Source: Patescibacteria group bacterium (GTDB taxonomy: Bacteria; Patescibacteriota; Patescibacteriia; UBA9934; GWF2-40-263). Taken from it: DNA of 64,000 nucleotides. The position numbers were made by a program, and so were the translations under genes. The notes under the pieces were generated by a model that worked only from the letters and a program-made list of their open reading frames with translations, did not search any database and had not been told where the DNA came from. The stretch lies in NCBI GenBank assembly GCA_041661745.1, contig JBAZTR010000004.1, positions 76,999-140,998 on the forward strand, read 5' to 3'. Shown here one piece after another: positions 61,884-64,000 of this stretch; position 1 is the first letter of the stretch; each line of letters opens with the position of its first letter.

Positions 61884-63716
61884 TTAGTCGCAATCGGCCA
61901 CGACCATGGCCTCGCAGCCATCGGCCGTGCCGGCCGTCTTGTGGTACACCGCGGGCTCGAGGTCGCAGGTCGTCCCATCGGGCGAGGTGAACTCGACTGT
62001 GTGCGTGCCTTGGAGTTCATCGTCGACCTCGTTGTAGGAGGTCGACTCACAGCTCCAGTCGTAGGAGCCGTACGAATTGGCTTCGACGCTGTAACGAACA
62101 GTCTGGCCCTCGGGCACCACGAACGAGAAGGTGATCTCGTCGTTCCCAGTGGCCGTGAAGGTCGTGCCAGCCCAGCTTTCGAAGTCGTCTTCGCTCGCGG
62201 CGTACTCGTAGGTGGCCGTGAGGCTCTGCGAGTTGTAGCCGAAGTCGGTTTCCCAGGTCACGGTCATGATACCGTAGCCGGTATCGGCGTCGGTGTCCGT
62301 GTCAGTATCCGAATCTGTGTCCGTGTCGGAGTCCGTGTCCGAATCGGAATCGACATCAGTATCCGTATCAGCGTCACCGGTGTCGTCTTCCAGATCCGGG
62401 AGATCGGTGTTGTTGCCGCCGTGGTTGCCGGATTCGGACAGGTCGAACCCGCCGCCACAAGCGGTCAGGTTCTCGGGAGTGAGGCACCACAGGCCAGCCG
62501 AACAGTCGCCCACTTCTTCCTGTACCTCGGCCACGGCGCCGTCGGGCACGGGGATGATCTCGCGCTGGTAGTAACCGGCCAGGAGGTAGGTGTTCCAGTC
62601 GAGAACTGGAGCGGCCACTCCACCCGTGATCACGTACACGTCCGAGTGCGAGTCTTCTTTGAGAATCGCCCCGTCGCGGAAGCGGGCGTGGCCGGACCGC
62701 TCGGGCCAGGCCGTGTAGATGTTGGTGTCTGGCGGCGGATTGGTTTCGGAGTAGCTGAGACCCCACGAGGTCATGACCCCTTCCGAGGCCATGTCTTCGA
62801 CCATCTGGCGGTAGCGGTTCGGGTCATCGGAAGCCCCGACCACCAGCCAGTGGAAACCGAACTCGTCGGTGTAGGCGTCGACAAGCCCTTCGTCCACGAC
62901 CTCCTCCCCCTCTCCATAACACTTCAACTCCTCGTTGGAGATAAGGGTGAGATCGGCGAAGTTGTAGCCGTAGCTCCAGAAGATGTCTTCGTTCCGAAGC
63001 CAGCGCCGCGCGCCGTCTTCGATGAGGTAGACGTCCGGGCTCGAGGGCACCTTGACGAGCGTGCCATCCGGATGCCAGAGCGGCACCGAGAGGTCCGAAG
63101 CGTACCAGTGACCGCTTGCTTCGTCGCAGACAAAGCCGTCGGTCGAGTCGTTTTCGTATTCCTCCTCGATCGTGGTGTCGGCCGCACGCATGTAGGTGTC
63201 GATGGAGGTGCCGTACTGTGCCTGGAGCGAAGCATCGCCCTCGTGACGGCCGTAGTGCAGATGGTCGCCGGTGCAGAGACCGGTGCAACCCTCGTAACCG
63301 AGAAGTGTTCCGGGGGCCACTTCGTCACCGTCGGCAACGAAGATCCGGTCGAAGTGCGCCAACACCAGGTAGGTGCCGTCGCCGAGGTCAAGATTCACGT
63401 GGTAGCCGAAGTTGGTCGTGGCACTTTCCATGTGCACGCGGACCACGCCGGCTTCGGGGGCGTAGATCTCCTCGGCCTCGTAGTTGCTGGTGTCGAAGTC
63501 GAGGTCGTGGCGAGTGGAATTGCCGGTGTGGCTGTAGCTGCCACCAGCCCCTTGCACACACAGGTGCGTTTCGCTCCGGGCGAAAGGCAGCTGCACCGAA
63601 GTGCCGCCACCCTGCTCGCCCGACTGGTCGGCCGTGTCCATGAAAGTGGTGTTGAACGGCTGAAGACCGCAGGCCACCAGGAAAAAGAACACAAGAGCCA
63701 GGATAATGGTTCGCAT
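61884..63716 (-). CDS. lipoprotein M23 (LytM-type) peptidase with tandem C-terminal targeting repeats and a DTDS low-complexity segment; encoded on a GC-rich island
   Basis: Lipobox LVAC after MRTIILALVFFF; M23 His motifs (HLCVQ..., TGDHLHYG); (DTDS)n; two C-terminal repeats of the G.LVK.PSSPDVY.IEDG.RRWL type. Codon third positions are overwhelmingly G/C, unlike the rest of the window. Confidence 0.7.
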   Translation of the reverse strand: MRTIILALVFFFLVACGLQPFNTTFMDTADQSGEQGGGTSVQLPFARSETHLCVQGAGGSYSHTGNSTRHDLDFDTSNYEAEEIYAPEAGVVRVHMESATTNFGYHVNLDLGDGTYLVLAHFDRIFVADGDEVAPGTLLGYEGCTGLCTGDHLHYGRHEGDASLQAQYGTSIDTYMRAADTTIEEEYENDSTDGFVCDEASGHWYASDLSVPLWHPDGTLVKVPSSPDVYLIEDGARRWLRNEDIFWSYGYNFADLTLISNEELKCYGEGEEVVDEGLVDAYTDEFGFHWLVVGASDDPNRYRQMVEDMASEGVMTSWGLSYSETNPPPDTNIYTAWPERSGHARFRDGAILKEDSHSDVYVITGGVAAPVLDWNTYLLAGYYQREIIPVPDGAVAEVQEEVGDCSAGLWCLTPENLTACGGGFDLSESGNHGGNNTDLPDLEDDTGDADTDTDVDSDSDTDSDTDTDSDTDTDTDADTGYGIMTVTWETDFGYNSQSLTATYEYAASEDDFESWAGTTFTATGNDEITFSFVVPEGQTVRYSVEANSYGSYDWSCESTSYNEVDDELQGTHTVEFTSPDGTTCDLEPAVYHKTAGTADGCEAMVVADCD

Positions 63717-64000
63717 GGCGTCCTCTTTTTTTGAGTGAAGAGGCGCCACGATATTCGCAGCCGCCTCGACCAGCGCGCTAGTACTTTCGCGCCGATCGAG
63801 CGCGGCCGTTCGGCCGTATGCGCAGGTTCGATGACCGAACCAGCGGCGCTCCCCTTTGCCTTGAACTTTCAAAGTTCAGGTTTTTCCGATCGTTCGTTTA
63901 ACCAACCGGCGTTTTGCTCGACCTTTCCAGGAAGAATTATTAACTCCATTCAGCCGTACAGTTTGGATTTCAACAAAATTTCAGTCTCCGCACCGCACGG

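Noticed and set aside
61826-63694. Stack of overlapping ORFs on both strands (61878..63734 +, 62374..62766 -, 62824..63288 -, 63116..63643 + and others)
   Set aside because: Typical stop-codon-poor artefacts of high-GC DNA. Only the minus-strand frame 61884..63716 has a coherent signal peptide, M23 motifs and repeats.
1-64000. CRISPR arrays, rRNA genes, integrase/transposase genes
   Set aside because: No regularly spaced direct repeats with unique spacers, no rRNA-like conserved blocks, and no recognisable recombinase or transposase motifs were seen. The mobile-looking cassettes found here carry only small nuclease-fold genes.

Overview
This 64 kb window reads as a low-GC (about 40% by eye) bacterial chromosome segment. 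It has short intergenic spacers and many small membrane proteins. Gene content (secE-nusG-rplK-rplA, gatB, miaA, miaB, thrS, dnaE, pheS/pheT, rseP, radA, recG, comFC, type-IV-secretion-like genes, a 2284-aa surface protein) is compatible with a Patescibacteria/CPR-like or other reduced-genome organism; that lineage call is inference only. Several features are superimposed on the housekeeping backbone and are the things most worth a second look:
- A compact dNTP/thymidylate cluster (thyA-like, dcd-like, dCMP-deaminase-like, P-loop kinase, folA, then dut and tmk-like). The ThyA homologue appears to carry Asp at the substrate-specificity position, where ThyA has Asn177 and phage T4 dCMP hydroxymethylase has Asp179.
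- A VirB3/VirB4/VirB6/VirB8-like secretion cluster with VirB4 split by a frameshift, plus a separate NlpC/P60 cell-wall hydrolase, ComFC and a pilin-like fragment.
- Three small nuclease-family cassettes (GxxExxY, DUF559, GIY-YIG). Two are bounded by clear inverted repeats, and the GxxExxY element has a cargo-less MITE-like copy between rplK and rplA.
- Three conspicuously GC-rich islands with their own promoters and terminators. The largest encodes a lipoprotein M23 peptidase whose C-terminal repeats resemble the C-terminus of the giant surface protein.
- A putative T-box-type leader upstream of thrS.
- A tRNA-Arg read as anticodon GCG, followed by degenerate tRNA-like tandem repeats.
- tRNA-Ser(TGA).
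No CRISPR array and no rRNA were found.
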